Source: Camelus dromedarius (taxonomy: Eukaryota). From it: a stretch of DNA of 64,000 bases. Below are positions 1 to 12,320 of this stretch, one piece after another. The stretch covers positions 44,208,001 through 44,272,000 of the forward strand of contig NC_087436.1 in the NCBI RefSeq assembly GCF_036321535.1, given 5' to 3'. Position numbers and translations under genes: made by a program. Below the pieces are notes generated by a model. It was not told the origin of the DNA. It did no database searches and saw only the letters and a program-made list of their open reading frames with translations. Numbering within the stretch: position 1 is the first letter of the stretch; each line of letters starts with the position of its first letter.

Positions 1-866
1 TACACTGAAATCCATTGGTCTGTCTTGCATTTTTAATGGATATTTTATAATTTTGTAACACTATGCACTGGTCACTTGGAAAATACTTGTTTTCTGAGTT
101 ATTCAGATCTTCTCAAGGTTGATCTATTTCATTACACAATATCAAAAATTCACACTTGTTAATACTACCACTGATCTCATCAGAAAGTCTTTAAGTTTAG
201 AAAACTGTCAAGCTCATAGTGGTAGACACAAATTTTAAAAAATTTGAATTTCTCCTGAAAGCTAGAATCTCATCATTGGCCATACATACTGTTTGTTTTT
301 CTTGAGGTATCAAGCTCACTTTGTTCATTTTCAAGAAAACATTTTCCAAATCTCAATCTCAATAGCCATAGTTTGTCAGTCATTTTTTAAAAAGTGAAAA
401 ATAGTGTTCCATGAAAAATAGGGTTAGCTCAGCTCATAACTCAAATGACCACATAAGTGCTTTTTTGCAAGTCATTGTCCTTTTGTGCACTGCCGAAGAG
501 CTTTATGTATCCTCCCCACTTCATCACACAGAGTATTAAAAAGACATGTACACGCAGGTCAAGGGTTAATAAAATTAACATTTTTTATGGCTTCATCAAG
601 AACATTCTAAGGTGAAATTGACACTTTTTTTGTTTGTTTGTTTTCTTATTGCAAGTGCAAGGAGGTGAAGAACACAATGGCAACTAGTACAATTTGGTGC
701 CACTGCTCTGATTCATGCTACGGCACCAGTGGTTTTATCCACCATCAGTGCAAATGTCAAGACAGTGAAAAAGTTAAATAATATCTTAGCATAATTATCA
801 AAATAGTTTAACCTCATATACCCCCTGGAAGTTTCTCAAGGGACCTCTACTGTTGAGAAGCAACAG
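1..866. mobile_element. Charlie1/Charlie1a-like hAT DNA transposon fragment, continuing off the left edge
   Basis: Resembles recalled Charlie1 consensus (e.g. ccactgatctcatcagaaagtctttaag) and ends in a decayed terminus aaatagtttaacctc...ccccctggaa...ttgagaagcaacag. Confidence 0.8.
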
Positions 867-1387
867 TTTCGATAGTGAATCCTTGGGAGTTAGAGTGAAG
901 GCTGCCATATCTCTTTTCATCCTTTGGTTCCTGAACCCATATATCATTTCTAGGTTAAAAACAGTATCATACTTAGGAGCTGGTTCAGAATGCATTCCAT
1001 ACCTTGGGAGGCGTTTTTTTCACAACAAAGCCTGCAACTGAGTCTTCAATAGTCTGTTTTAGCACTGAGCCAGTAAACAAACCCTGTGATGGGTGAGGGT
1101 GTGTAAATGGCTCCAGGTCCCCATAGGAGAAGGTAGAAGGGAGATTTACAGTACTAACTGGTGATGCTATAGGCGTCTTTTCTTTCTTCTGTTTATCATG
1201 GCATTCCTTTCATTCAAGAGGCCCTGGGTTTGGAAACTGAATTAGAGCTGATAACTGGGTGAAGAGCCAAGACTTTCCTGTGTGGTCATGCAAGTCCATG
1301 CTGTTTGTCAGATTTAGAGATTTTTTTCCCCCAATTCTACAGATATTATTGCTTGTCTGTTTCAGTCCTAACAATATAAGATGGTTT

Positions 1388-1660
1388 AGAGCTTACTCCT
1401 TCCACCAAAAAATTGAGAGATGCATTGTTAAAGGGCATACTGGCATCCTAAAGTGTTATAATAGTTGTTCTCGCTAGCTTAGAACCGAAGATGGGAGAGG
1501 CTACCATTGAAAGAGCTTCCTGTTCAATGAGGATCATAGGATCCAGAAGTGGCAAGGTACCACTAAATCATGGTGGTCATAATTAGCTGATAATTAGATG
1601 GTTACCAGAAGTTTTTGACCACAGAAATCTTTAACAATACCTACTCATTTTTTAGTTTCC
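1388..1660 (+). mobile_element. ERVL/MaLR internal (gag-region) fragment, decayed
   Basis: ttgagagatgcattgttaaagggcatactggcatcc...caatgaggatcataggatccagaagtggcaagg resembles recalled ERVL internal sequence. Confidence 0.55.
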
Positions 1661-2040
1661 TTCAGGATGTTTCGCTTATCATTAAAGTATCACTAAAGGC
1701 CTTTTCTTTATCTTCATCCTCCTCAAATTCTTTTACTATATTCCAGTTTTTGTTTGAAAAGTGTTACAATTCGAATGTGTAAGGAATATTGCTCCCTAAT
1801 ATTTCAGAAGAGTAGACAAGAGTGTAATTTATCTAATTAGATTTATATATAAAAATTATATAAACAGTCTGTAGAAAAGGGCAGACCTCTCTAAATTTAT
1901 CACTTTTACCAAATGGTGAAATTGAGATTACTCAAATATAGTCTAAAGTGTGAAATAATTTGAGGTGTGGACATGAGGTATGAACTCAATCAGAGACTTT
2001 TCTTCTCACAATGTAGTCATCAGTTTCCTAATGTGTAAGA

Positions 2041-2249
2041 CAGAAGTTGCCAAACATTTTTTTCTATAAAGGACCAGATAATAAATATTTTAGATTTTGT
2101 AGGCCATATGGTTTCTATTGCAGCTACTCAATTGTGCTGTTATGGTATGAAAACAGCCATAGACAGTATGCAAATGAATGGGTGTGACTGTGTTTTAATA
2201 AAATTTTATTTACAAAAGCAGGCATTGGGCTTTAGTTTGCTGACCCTTG
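2041..2249. mobile_element. MER58A (hAT-Charlie MITE)
   Basis: caaac..ttctataaaggaccagataataaatatttta...tagtttgctgacccttg fits the MER58A layout at near full length. Confidence 0.85.
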
Positions 2250-2417
2250 CCCTAAGCTCATGCCCTCTTAGCATCTACCAACTTCTATCTCATATCTTTT
2301 TGCAAATCTGTTTGAATAATATACCTACATCCTCTAGTTATTCACTGTCTGCTGTCTTAATTTATTTTTAAACTTCTGATTCCTAACCTCTCACCATAGG
2401 AACTTTTCTTAATGATA

Positions 2418-2421
<4 letters not shown>

Positions 2422-2474
<53 letters not shown>
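2422..2474. repeat. (TTA)n microsatellite
   Basis: Uninterrupted TTA run seen directly. Confidence 0.97.
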
Positions 2475-2544
2475 TTTTACTGGTCAAATCCAGTAACCTC
2501 TTGGGTTTGGAATCCTAGTTTGCCTTGATATCCTATCTGTTTCA

Positions 2545-2965
2545 AAAAGGAATATTATTAGGATCAGAATTGAGACTTGGTTAGACTTAGAGGCTTAATA
2601 GCACATACTGTTCTATCCAAAAGAAAGTGTTAGGTAAGTTAACAGATGTATTCAGAACTGCAGCAGCGGATCTGATTATTATGTGAACTACTGGTCTCTA
2701 TTCTCCAAATGTGAACTAGTAAGAAATCAATATTACCTGGGACCCATAACTGATGGGGCCCAAGAGGTATTCAGGTTACTCTGATAGAATCCTTGAAGCT
2801 TTCCAGAAAATTTAAGTGGGGGCATTGGACTGGTAAGATGGAACTCCCTTCAGAGAGTGGGAAAGAAGATAAAGCTCTGTAGGCCAAGCCACCACTCTCT
2901 TTAGAGATAGAATGAGGAGGTGACAAAGCCTAGGAGTATAAACATGTTAAAAAATTTCATTTCAA
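2545..2965 (+). mobile_element. Possible ERVL/MaLR internal fragment
   Basis: gaggaggtgacaaagcctaggagtataaacatgtta weakly resembles recalled ERVL gag sequence. Confidence 0.35.
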
Positions 2966-3819
2966 TCCCACAGTGAAATGCAGGTTACTTAAATGAAGGC
3001 TTCAGTAAAGCGCTACCTTAATTTTTAAGCAAAATTTGACTACTGATTTAACATAATAAAAGATAAAATGCACTGTAGGTATGATAATCTATTCAATTAT
3101 TCAAAAGATAATTAAGCTTACACTCTCAGCACTAAATGTAGTATGATTTTTGCTGTCTTCATTTCCTTTGTTTCATATGTAAAATTATACAGTTTAGCAT
3201 GATATGGATAGCTTATTTCAATTTTAAAGGAAAATCACCTCTTTTTCCTTTCCCTCTTGAATAGTTTTCCCTAACCACTGCCCATCTTTAATGTACATGA
3301 TGCATGATGCGGTAAAAGAAACTGTCGAGAACAATTCGATCAGATTAAAAATATCCAGCAGAAAGTATCCATTGCATACTTTGCAAAGTCTGTGGCTTTT
3401 TTTTTAAGCAAGTGTAAAACTAAAACAGAAGTTCTTGGTCTTTTACTGTCGAGTCCCTACCACATGACTTACACAGATTTCTGAAGCTGACTGTTTGGTG
3501 TTCTATCTCCCATGCATATTGAATTAATTTTCTTGGCATTTTTCTGTTTGTTCCACTGCCTTTTCATTTGAAATAGAAACTCAGAAAATGTTATTTACTT
3601 CCCCTTTTAGGATAAATTTTAGCGTTTCTTCCATTCTGTGATCAATCAGCATCACCGCTATTTTCCATAGGGTCCTCTATTCTCATAAGATTACCTTGGA
3701 GATGTTTCCAGGCTCAAATTATGATTGTTGTATATTCATGCATTGGAATCAATGTATTAAAAAAAGAACAATCTTAGACAATTCTTTGACTGTTAGACTA
3801 TGTAAAACAAAGTTCATGT

Positions 3820-3945
3820 GTTCATTTGTTTGTTTCCTCACTGACAAATATTATTAAATGTTTACTGTAAGGAAAGTATTATGTTGATATGGGGTGAGGA
3901 AGAGATTAAATGTACGTATGATACTATCCTTGTCCTCTGAGAGCC
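3820..3945 (-). mobile_element. L2 3' end fragment
   Basis: ttcatttgtttg...aaatattattaaatgtttactg...ccttgtcctc pattern typical of an antisense L2 tail. Confidence 0.5.
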
Positions 3946-4175
3946 ATAGAATTTTAGAGCTTGAGTGCAGGAGCTGGCTAACATATTTCAATTTTGAAGG
4001 ACAATAATTTATTTTTTTTTCTCTTCCCCTCTCCTACTTCAATAGTTTTCCCTACCCACGACTGCCCATATTTAACACACAAAATGTGTGATACCATAGA
4101 AGGAAACAGTTTTTAACTAGAAATCTACTTCAGCCTTTTCTTTAGACATGTAAAAAATCATAGCTTAAAGGTTTT

Positions 4176-4400
4176 TTTTTAGACTTTTTTTAATTGAGTT
4201 ATAGTCATTTTACAACGTTGTGTCAAATTCCAGGGTAGAGCACAATTTTTCAGTTATACATGAACATACATATATTCATTGTCATATTTTTTTTCGCTGT
4301 GAGCTACCACAAGATCTTGTATATATTTCCCTGTGCTATACAGTATAATCTTGTTTATCTATTCTACATATGCCTGTCAGTATCTACAGATTTTGAACTC
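4176..4400 (-). mobile_element. Young 5'-truncated L1 3' end (camelid-type) with TSD
   Basis: Poly-T followed by aattgagttatagtcattttacaacgttgtgtcaaattcc...ccctgtgctatacag; TSD aaaggtttt at 4167-4175 and 4401-4409. Confidence 0.85.
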
Positions 4401-4851
4401 AAAGGTTTTAAATGGCATGCTTAATATCACATGACTTCAAGTGGCTCAATTAGATTTGAATCTACATTCTAATAGAGGAAATTTTAACTTCTTAAAAAAT
4501 TAGAATTTAAGATTGAGTATTGCATTAAAACACTTAGGAGGGTCTGAGAATTAGATTAGGAAATTTTGAACATTATTATTTCTTTCCAAAGGCATTGGTA
4601 AAATGCATTATTGTTCTTTGAAAAGAGAGGTAAAGTTTATTAACATTATATTTGATTATTGATGATCCCTTCATATCCGTTTAATCTCGGAAGTAATAAA
4701 TAGGCACCAGCAAACTACTTCCAAAATGCCTAAATAGAATGCTTTATTTCCATGTGATAAAGGTAGTCAGGCTAATTTAAATATTCCCCCTCCCCCCCCC
4801 CATTGATACAGAATGGTTTTACTGGTAATCCAGGCTGTTAGAAACTTTAAT

Positions 4852-5110
4852 TAATAGCTACCAATTACTGAATGTAATGTGTGGTGCTATGTGCCAAGTG
4901 CTTTATGTACATTCTCTTTTAATCACAACAAAAGGAGGCATTATTATTCATTTTTTAAACAGATGAGGACATTGTGGCTCAGAGAGGTTAAGTAGCTCAG
5001 AGAGGCTAAGTAACTTGCTCAATGTCAAATAAATATGACTGAATGAATGTCAAAGGTGGTATTCAATGCCCAGACCTGTCTAATTATAAAGCTTGTACAT
5101 GTTCTACTAT
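4852..5110 (-). mobile_element. MIR SINE
   Basis: MIR core in antisense: acagatgaggaca..ggctcagagaggttaagtaacttgctc. Confidence 0.85.
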
Positions 5111-5761
5111 TCATTCAACCATTCATTCATTCCTTATTTTTTTTCCAGAAAGAATTCAAGGCATTTTGATAAGGAGAATCCCACAAAACATGGTATTAGT
5201 GAGGAAGAATGACAACTGATAAAAGGGTCCTGTGAATATTTTAGCTTCAGAATATTTTAGAAGAGTCTCTACTAAATAGAGACTCTACTCTCTGAATGCT
5301 TCAATATTAACAGAGCTTGCCAACAAGTTCATTTTGATCTTAGTTCTAGCCAGGTGGATAGGAAAGAATGTTAATTTCCCTTGTTCCTTGTGGCAGTTCC
5401 TTTTGTCTCCCAGTGGCATTCAGGCTGATAATCTTTGTGGACTGATTTATTTTTGCATTCTTTACAGTCTTGCTCTTGAGTATACTCAAAACATGGAAAT
5501 ATGCAGACAGCTGATCTGAAATAGGAAGGAGCAAGATAAAGGGTAAACTAGGTAAAGATAGGACTCCTTTAAAGTCATGGACATTATAAAAAGTTTACCC
5601 ACTTCCGTGACCATGTGGGAATGACAAGGTGGTTCCCTGATCAAGCATAAACCTAGGAGAATTTGAAGGTTTAATCCAGCTCAGTAATTGACTTGCCTTG
5701 TTGTCTCTCAATACTGTCAACAGTAGTCTTCTAACTGTGAAGGACAATGATGGCTCTAACT

Positions 5762-5830
5762 ACTGTTTTGGTGCCTCAGTTTCCTTATCTGTAACCTGGA
5801 AATCATGGTAGTAGCTCAACTCAAAAGAAT
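5762..5830 (+). mobile_element. MIR core fragment
   Basis: gtgcctcagtttccttatctgtaa. Confidence 0.55.
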
Positions 5831-8549
5831 GTGTGTGACTCCCAGAAATATGAAGTGGTTAAGATTAAAAAATGGTAATATATAAATGTTTTAGAATTTC
5901 TAGATATATCAAGGTTAAATTATACACTCCTGCATAGTCTCTTGTTCAAGCTGCATATATTTATGTAAAAAAGTGGGCAGTGATTTGGACAACAAAGACC
6001 TTGAATATAAACCAGTCAAATAGATCTGATCTTTCTTATAGGTCTCATCAAATATTTGATCTTGATCTATATTGGGCAGGTTTGCCAATTATTGGCTCTC
6101 AAGAAGAAAAGTTTTCTCTTAGAAAATTGGTCAGAAAGGGAATTACTGTCTTCTAGGCAAGGATATAACATAAGTAATTATAGTCTCTGAAAGCAAGTGC
6201 TACTGAGCTCCTGTTTCTGGGTAGCCTTCGTTAGGACATCATGTTCTGCACAGTTCATTGCCCTTTGTCTAGGAGGAGGCTGAGAAGCCGCCTGAATGAA
6301 GAGAGAAATACATTATTTATTAATGGTAGCAATTTTACAACTTTTCTACCTTAAAATACAAAGTGTTCTTTGTTTACAATATTTTTGTCTTTATGGTCAG
6401 AAAACAACTTGAATTCATAAACCTGACTGCAGAGATAGTTGGAAAGAATAAAAATTAAGATGTGACTCTGTTTATCTTATTTGCCTTTACTCTTTATGAG
6501 AAGAAAATAGGTAGGTCGATAGTTTCTTGTGTGAGTTAATAATTATAGAAGTTAAACCTCACTTGTCAGCCCCACAAGCTGGCTTTTGTCCAGACCAGGC
6601 GAGTTAGCGTCATGATACGGCCTTTGTATGAAGCAATAGACCTTTAGCCGGGTGGTGAAAAGCTGATGTGGTTTCTCCTTCCCTGCTTCCTTAGTCTTCA
6701 AGGTTGCATGGTAAATAGTGATCTCAGAGTGACCTCTTCACTCACTGAGAATCTTGTTGTCACCTTGTTAATCCTCTTCAGGAGTAGCTATATCACCTTT
6801 TTTTCTTGAGGTTGGGTTGGGTTCAGAACTGGGTGACTTGGCCGCATCTTAAAGACATCAGAGGCCCAGTTTACGGTAAGGGTTTCTGGGCTTCTCCCTC
6901 TATTTCTTACCCCCTTGCTGGCTGACTGAAGGCTTAAGTCTATTCTACTTCAGTTTGTTTTCCTGTTTTCTGAAAAGAAGCGTAATAAAACCTCATATTT
7001 GAAAAACGCTTTAGACATTGAGTAGGAGGTGCTACTGAATTACAAAGCACTAAATTCTGTATCTAGGTTTCAGTTAAAAACTTTCCCCTGTTCTTCCTCC
7101 CAGATCTGAGTTGGTGTAACACCTGGGACAAAGGCACGTATTCAGGGGAATCTGGGTTTTTCATATGGTCAAGTGGAAGAGTGTGGGCAGATGGAGGCCA
7201 GTGTTTCCTTAAGATGAGGTCTTCTGGGATGTACTTATGTTTTCCTGTGATGTTTTCCCCAGAGTTGCCTGCATCTCTCATTTTATTATATGACTTTCAT
7301 ATTCTTGGAGTGGGGGAATCTGCCTGTGATACATACCTTCCTTGTCTCCACTCATCCTATATTTGAGAAATGAGCTGAGAAAAAAAAATCCCTTGTGATT
7401 TTGGGATCTGGTTTGCTTTGTTATTCCTCAGTATTCTAGTCCTAGGAGATGATACTAATCTTTTGGACTATTTTTTTTTTTTATTGAAAGAAAAGAACAT
7501 ATTATTCTGGTGATGTTAACAGTGAGAAAGAGAAAAATATAAGAAAGAGAAAGAAGACCAAACGAAAAGGGGAATGAAACCCTCATTTTAATGAAGTTTT
7601 CAATACCTGCAACAGTGTGGAGATGAGTTGGTTCTGTACTGGCTTTAAGTGAGGAGGTTCCCAATGAGGATGGGATGTATAACCAGTTACAGAGTTCTTG
7701 CCGCCACTGGATACTGTGGCAGTGACTGGAGTCTGTAATTAGGAAAGCAATCAAGACTACAGGATTAGACCTTCCACTTTAGAAAAGAAAGGACCGGTTT
7801 TATTTACCATAAGCTCAGCTTGCAGATGATCATTTTGCTGTGGTTTTTAGAGAAGACCACCTTGGGAGAAAGGCATGTAAATCACATTTCACTGCTAGTT
7901 AAACAAATCAGCGAAAGTTGCAGGGACAGCCCCTCCCTGGAGTGAAGTCCTGCAGTCATTTAACATCTCCTGAAAGGAGATGGTGACACACACGGCGAGT
8001 ATGAGTCCTGGCTTGCTCTTTGGAGTAGAAGAACATTCATTTGAAAAACTGGTTTTCTTTTTATTATGTCAGAAAAAGCGATTTCTAACAGAGGGATCTG
8101 ACAGACTAGACAAAGGCCTGGTTAAGTAATCAGATGTTCCGGCAGGTGCTCTAGTTTCCCCCGCAGCGCTGGTACATACCGCAGGAACTAGGCTTGAGCC
8201 TGACGTGCATTCTCCTTGGAGTAAGACCTCTGCACGTAAACATTTTTCATCGATGATGTATTTTTATGTAGCTATTTACTCCATAGAACATAAGCACTTG
8301 TTTAATTCGGAGGACAAGCAGTTTCCCGTTTCATCAAACAGGCTTTAAACATTCCTTACGACATACTATCCTCTTTAAGGTTTATTCGGGGGCTTGCTAG
8401 GTTTGCCATTGGTAGCTGCACTGTTTGGCTTAACTGTTGGGCTGTGGGGCAAGGAATTATCCCTTTAATCTTTCCCCTGTTCTCCTTCTTAGCAGCACGC
8501 TACCTGTAATGTTACTGGGCGCCACGTACCTTGCTCTGATCCAAGACCC

Positions 8550-8860
8550 AGTTTTAATTAGCATTCTTTTTGTTGCAAAGGCTGGAAACCTACTCAAACT
8601 AGCTCAAGTAATAAAAAGGCTTGCTGAGAGAATATAATTACTTCTCCTGGAAATAAAATATAGGAAGTACAACTCAGCTGAAAGGAACCAGAAAATTGTC
8701 ATTTAGTTACTCTGGCTTCTCATCCCTATGAGAATGTCATATCTATGTGAATAAGCATGTAGTTTGTTCTGCTTTCTCTGTAGATGGTCTTTCTATGTAT
8801 ACTTAGCATGCACATGACCATCCTGTATGCCGTGTTATCTTTTAGTTAAGTGCCTAGTAC
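8550..8860 (-). mobile_element. Old MLT1-type MaLR LTR fragment
   Basis: ttgttgcaaaggctggaaacctactcaaactagctcaag resembles an MLT1J/N-class terminus. Confidence 0.45.
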
Positions 8861-8865
8861 CAAAT

Positions 8866-8966
8866 AATAGTAATAATAATAATAATAATAACAACAACAG
8901 CAGCAGCAGCAGCAGCTAGCAGTAGTAGGAGTATAATGAGAGAGAGACAGAGAGACAGAGAGAGAC
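8866..8966. repeat. Compound microsatellite (AAT)n(AAC)n(AGC)n followed by an AG-rich repeat
   Basis: Seen directly. Confidence 0.95.
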
Positions 8967-9004
8967 TGATATCCACACAATGAATCATCTTCCCTTATTT
9001 ATCG

Positions 9005-9350
9005 ATTAGGCTAGGCTAGTAACGAATAAGCTTGAAAATCTAAAGCAAGTTTCAATTCTTGCTTACACTGCGTGTCATTTACGGGTCATCAGGGAGGCTC
9101 TGTACATTGTAGTCACTCAGGGATCTGGGCTAAGAGAGTGGCCACCATTTTGAACATTGTTGGTCACTATACCAGATGGAAAAGAGAATTTTGGATGATC
9201 TTGCTTTGCAGTTAAATACTTGGCCCAGATGATGCACACCCTTCCTGCTCATAATACAAAAGCCCAAACTAGTACAAGGCCTCCTTCCCCCAATGCTCAG
9301 AAGGGGCCTAAATAGGGACTGTCTGGTGAAGAGCACTGAGTGCTACCACA
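9005..9350 (-). mobile_element. MLT1L/K-like MaLR LTR
   Basis: ttaggctag..gtaacgaataa...gtcactcagggatctgggct..ggccaccattttgaacattg resembles recalled MLT1L. Confidence 0.65.
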
Positions 9351-10649
9351 CCTCAGGACAAGGGTCTTCCCTTGTCTAGTTACCTCGTGGCACTAGTGTG
9401 GGTATAAAATAATTTAGCACTTTCTCTTCTCCACCAGTGTTCCTCATCTGTGAAACTGAGCTTGATGGACACAGAGTATACCAGGTTATACCTGACTGCA
9501 GTCTAAGCTATTCAGAGGATAATGATAATAAAGACAATTATGTGTCTATAATATGCTCACCTAGATTAGGTCTAATTGTTACAAGAATCCTTTGATGTTG
9601 GTAATGTTAGGACAAGATTGACTAATATTAAGATTGGTAATATTGACTCTAAAGCCTACGTTCTCTGTGTTGCTCACATTGACAAGTACATGGAAGGTAA
9701 AATGTCTTAGAATTTGCAGCTGAGATTTCTCCTATTACTTTTTGTAAATCTCTGTGCCTTAGAGGTTTATCAGAATATAATGTAAATAACTGTCAGGATT
9801 TTAAAAATCCTAGGAAAGTCTGCTGATATTTATGCTCCATGAAGCATAAATAAAGATAGATCAGTTTTGTCCTGAATACTTCTAAGCAATCTTTCTTTGT
9901 TAAATTTTGTTTTCCTATTCGCAATTGGGAAAGAAAGGTTCACATTTTAAAACATTCTTGGGCATCTCTGATTAGTAGCAAAATAATAGGAACACTTTTG
10001 TTGTCTCTCTAGTCCTCCCAAGTTGGACATTGGAAGGAGAGACTATGTTCCACCCCTTTGTGAGTAACTGATCTGCTGCCTCTGATTATTTAGACACTGG
10101 CCCTCCCTAGTTGACTTTCACCTTTGGGAGCACATTAAAAAGCCTTTACCACCAGGTTACATTTTGCAAAGGAGCTTTTGAGACTTCATTGAGTTTGCAT
10201 TCAGTTTGCTGTACAAACGGCAAGTCAATAGGTATCTAACTCTTTACATACATAAGGAAGGGTCATATTATATGAAAATTAGATTGGTTGAAACTATAAA
10301 TATTCTAGAGTGTATTTTATTTTACTTGAGATACAATTAAAGCATTCCAGCCAAAGATGAAAACTCTCATTGTTACATTGTTTTAATGCTTCGCATTGTT
10401 TCTATGTAGTGACCTTTGGGGCTTTCCTTTTCTTTGTGGGCTAGGTGGTCTCCTATTAGAGCTACATGTGGAGTTCTAATTACTCTGCGTTGTTCAACAG
10501 GTTTCTTTACTCTTGTAAAGTGTAACCATGAACTTTATGGCTGATTCTTTAATATTTAACCTAAATTTTAAATTCTGTCACAGATGCACACACATACACA
10601 CACTATATATAATATTTTGTATATACACACATAATTTAAGTTTTGAAAT

Positions 10650-12320
10650 AATACTAACAAGCTTATCATAACAAAAATTTCTGACCTGTCCTTATCCTAC
10701 TCTTCTCCAGTTCCCATTCTTTAAAGGAATGCACTTCAACTCCTTTTAGCTAATTGTTCTGCTACTTACCTCCATATTTTAAAACAACATTCTTAGGCTC
10801 CATTGCTTGATTTGTCAATTTTAGATTAACTTTTGTGGAAGATGAGGCTTTTGCTCTTTAAACCTGCAACACACCCTTCTTCCCTGCCCATCTGCTTCCC
10901 CTCCATCCCCTGCCTTCACCCTAGTCTCCCAATATACTTAAATCACACTTTTCTGATTAAAGCAACATTCAGTGTTATAACTAAATATATATGTTTCACA
11001 GCTTATCCAGGTTGATTAATTCATCATTTCTTGAAGTTAATAATTGCCTCTTTTTCTCTGATGATTTTTAGAAGCTTTCACTAATTTATTCTCCCACTTT
11101 CTGAGAGTTATGTCCTTTGAATTTAGTCAAGTGTATCTTTCTTCTTACTTTGTCCCCCCTTTCCCCTTCCTTTCTTTTCTCCTTTATTCCTTCCTATCTG
11201 TCTGTTTTTCTTTCTTCCTTCTTGGACACATCCTTTATGGTGCTTTCTGTCTTGCTTCACTTTTGACTAGTTGCTTTCTAGGCTCAGACCTTCCTTTATC
11301 AACATAAGAGAGGCCATTGTCTTTCTCCCATGTTGGGTCTCTTATTTTCTGGATCTCATGTCTTTTTCTTGATTTTTACTCCATTTTGTTGGATCACATC
11401 CTCCAGTAGGTTTCTGAAAAAGGTGATGAAAGTAAATTTGTTTTGGTACTTTACATATTTTTATTTTATTCTCTAAAGTGATCATTAATTTGACTGAGTT
11501 AAGAATTCTTGGTAGGAAAAAGTTTTCCCTTAGAACTGAGAAGGTATTTCTTCATTGCCCAGTTTTGCTACTGAGAAGATGACAGTTTGATTCTTGAGCA
11601 TTTTAAAGTAACTTCTTTTTCTCTCTAGAAACTTTTGTCCTATCACATTTTATTTTGGTGATTATGTTTTCATCTCCAACAGATCTTTTTTGGTGTTAGA
11701 ATCTTTCTTCTGTTGTAGCATCCCTTTCTTGTTTCATAGACTCAGTATCTCTTTTTATTTCTCTTTGAGGCATTCATCCCAGTTTAAATGTTCATATATT
11801 TAAATGCTCATGTATAAATGTTTATGTATTTACTATTTTTAATAGGCAATACATGTACATGGTAATCCATTTAAACAATAAGGATATTCAGTGAAAAGTG
11901 AACCTTCCTTCCTCTCTTGACACCTGCCATCCAGTTTCTTAACCCACAGGTCTTCTATTTTAGACTTTTAAGTGACATTTACAAGAATTCAAGTTCCCTG
12001 CTGGGAAGTGTGTAAGCCTGCCTGCCAGTGTTCTGGAGCCCAGTTGGACAAAGGAGGTAAGGGTTTCCAGTGTTAGGTAGGTCAACTACCTCTTTTCATT
12101 ATGACACCTCACTCCCACTCTTAGCTGTGTGATGTTAAAAGCCTCTTTGGTTATGGCTCCAGGGAGCACTGTTATGTCAGTCTTTTTCTGAGATCAGGGA
12201 GGAGTAGTCACAGGGATAGGAACTTTCAATACAGTTGCCTGTTTCCAGCCCCAGCCTTCACCTTACACTTTAGAGGGACCTGGTTACTCTAATTTCTCAC
12301 TCTTTTTGAAGCTCTGAAGC
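10650..12320 (-). mobile_element. Ancient L1-family (HAL1/L1ME-like) fragments
   Basis: T-rich antisense strand; ttttagct..acctccatatttt..gtggaagatgagg and tcctccagtaggtttctgaaaaagg motifs recalled from HAL1. Confidence 0.6.
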
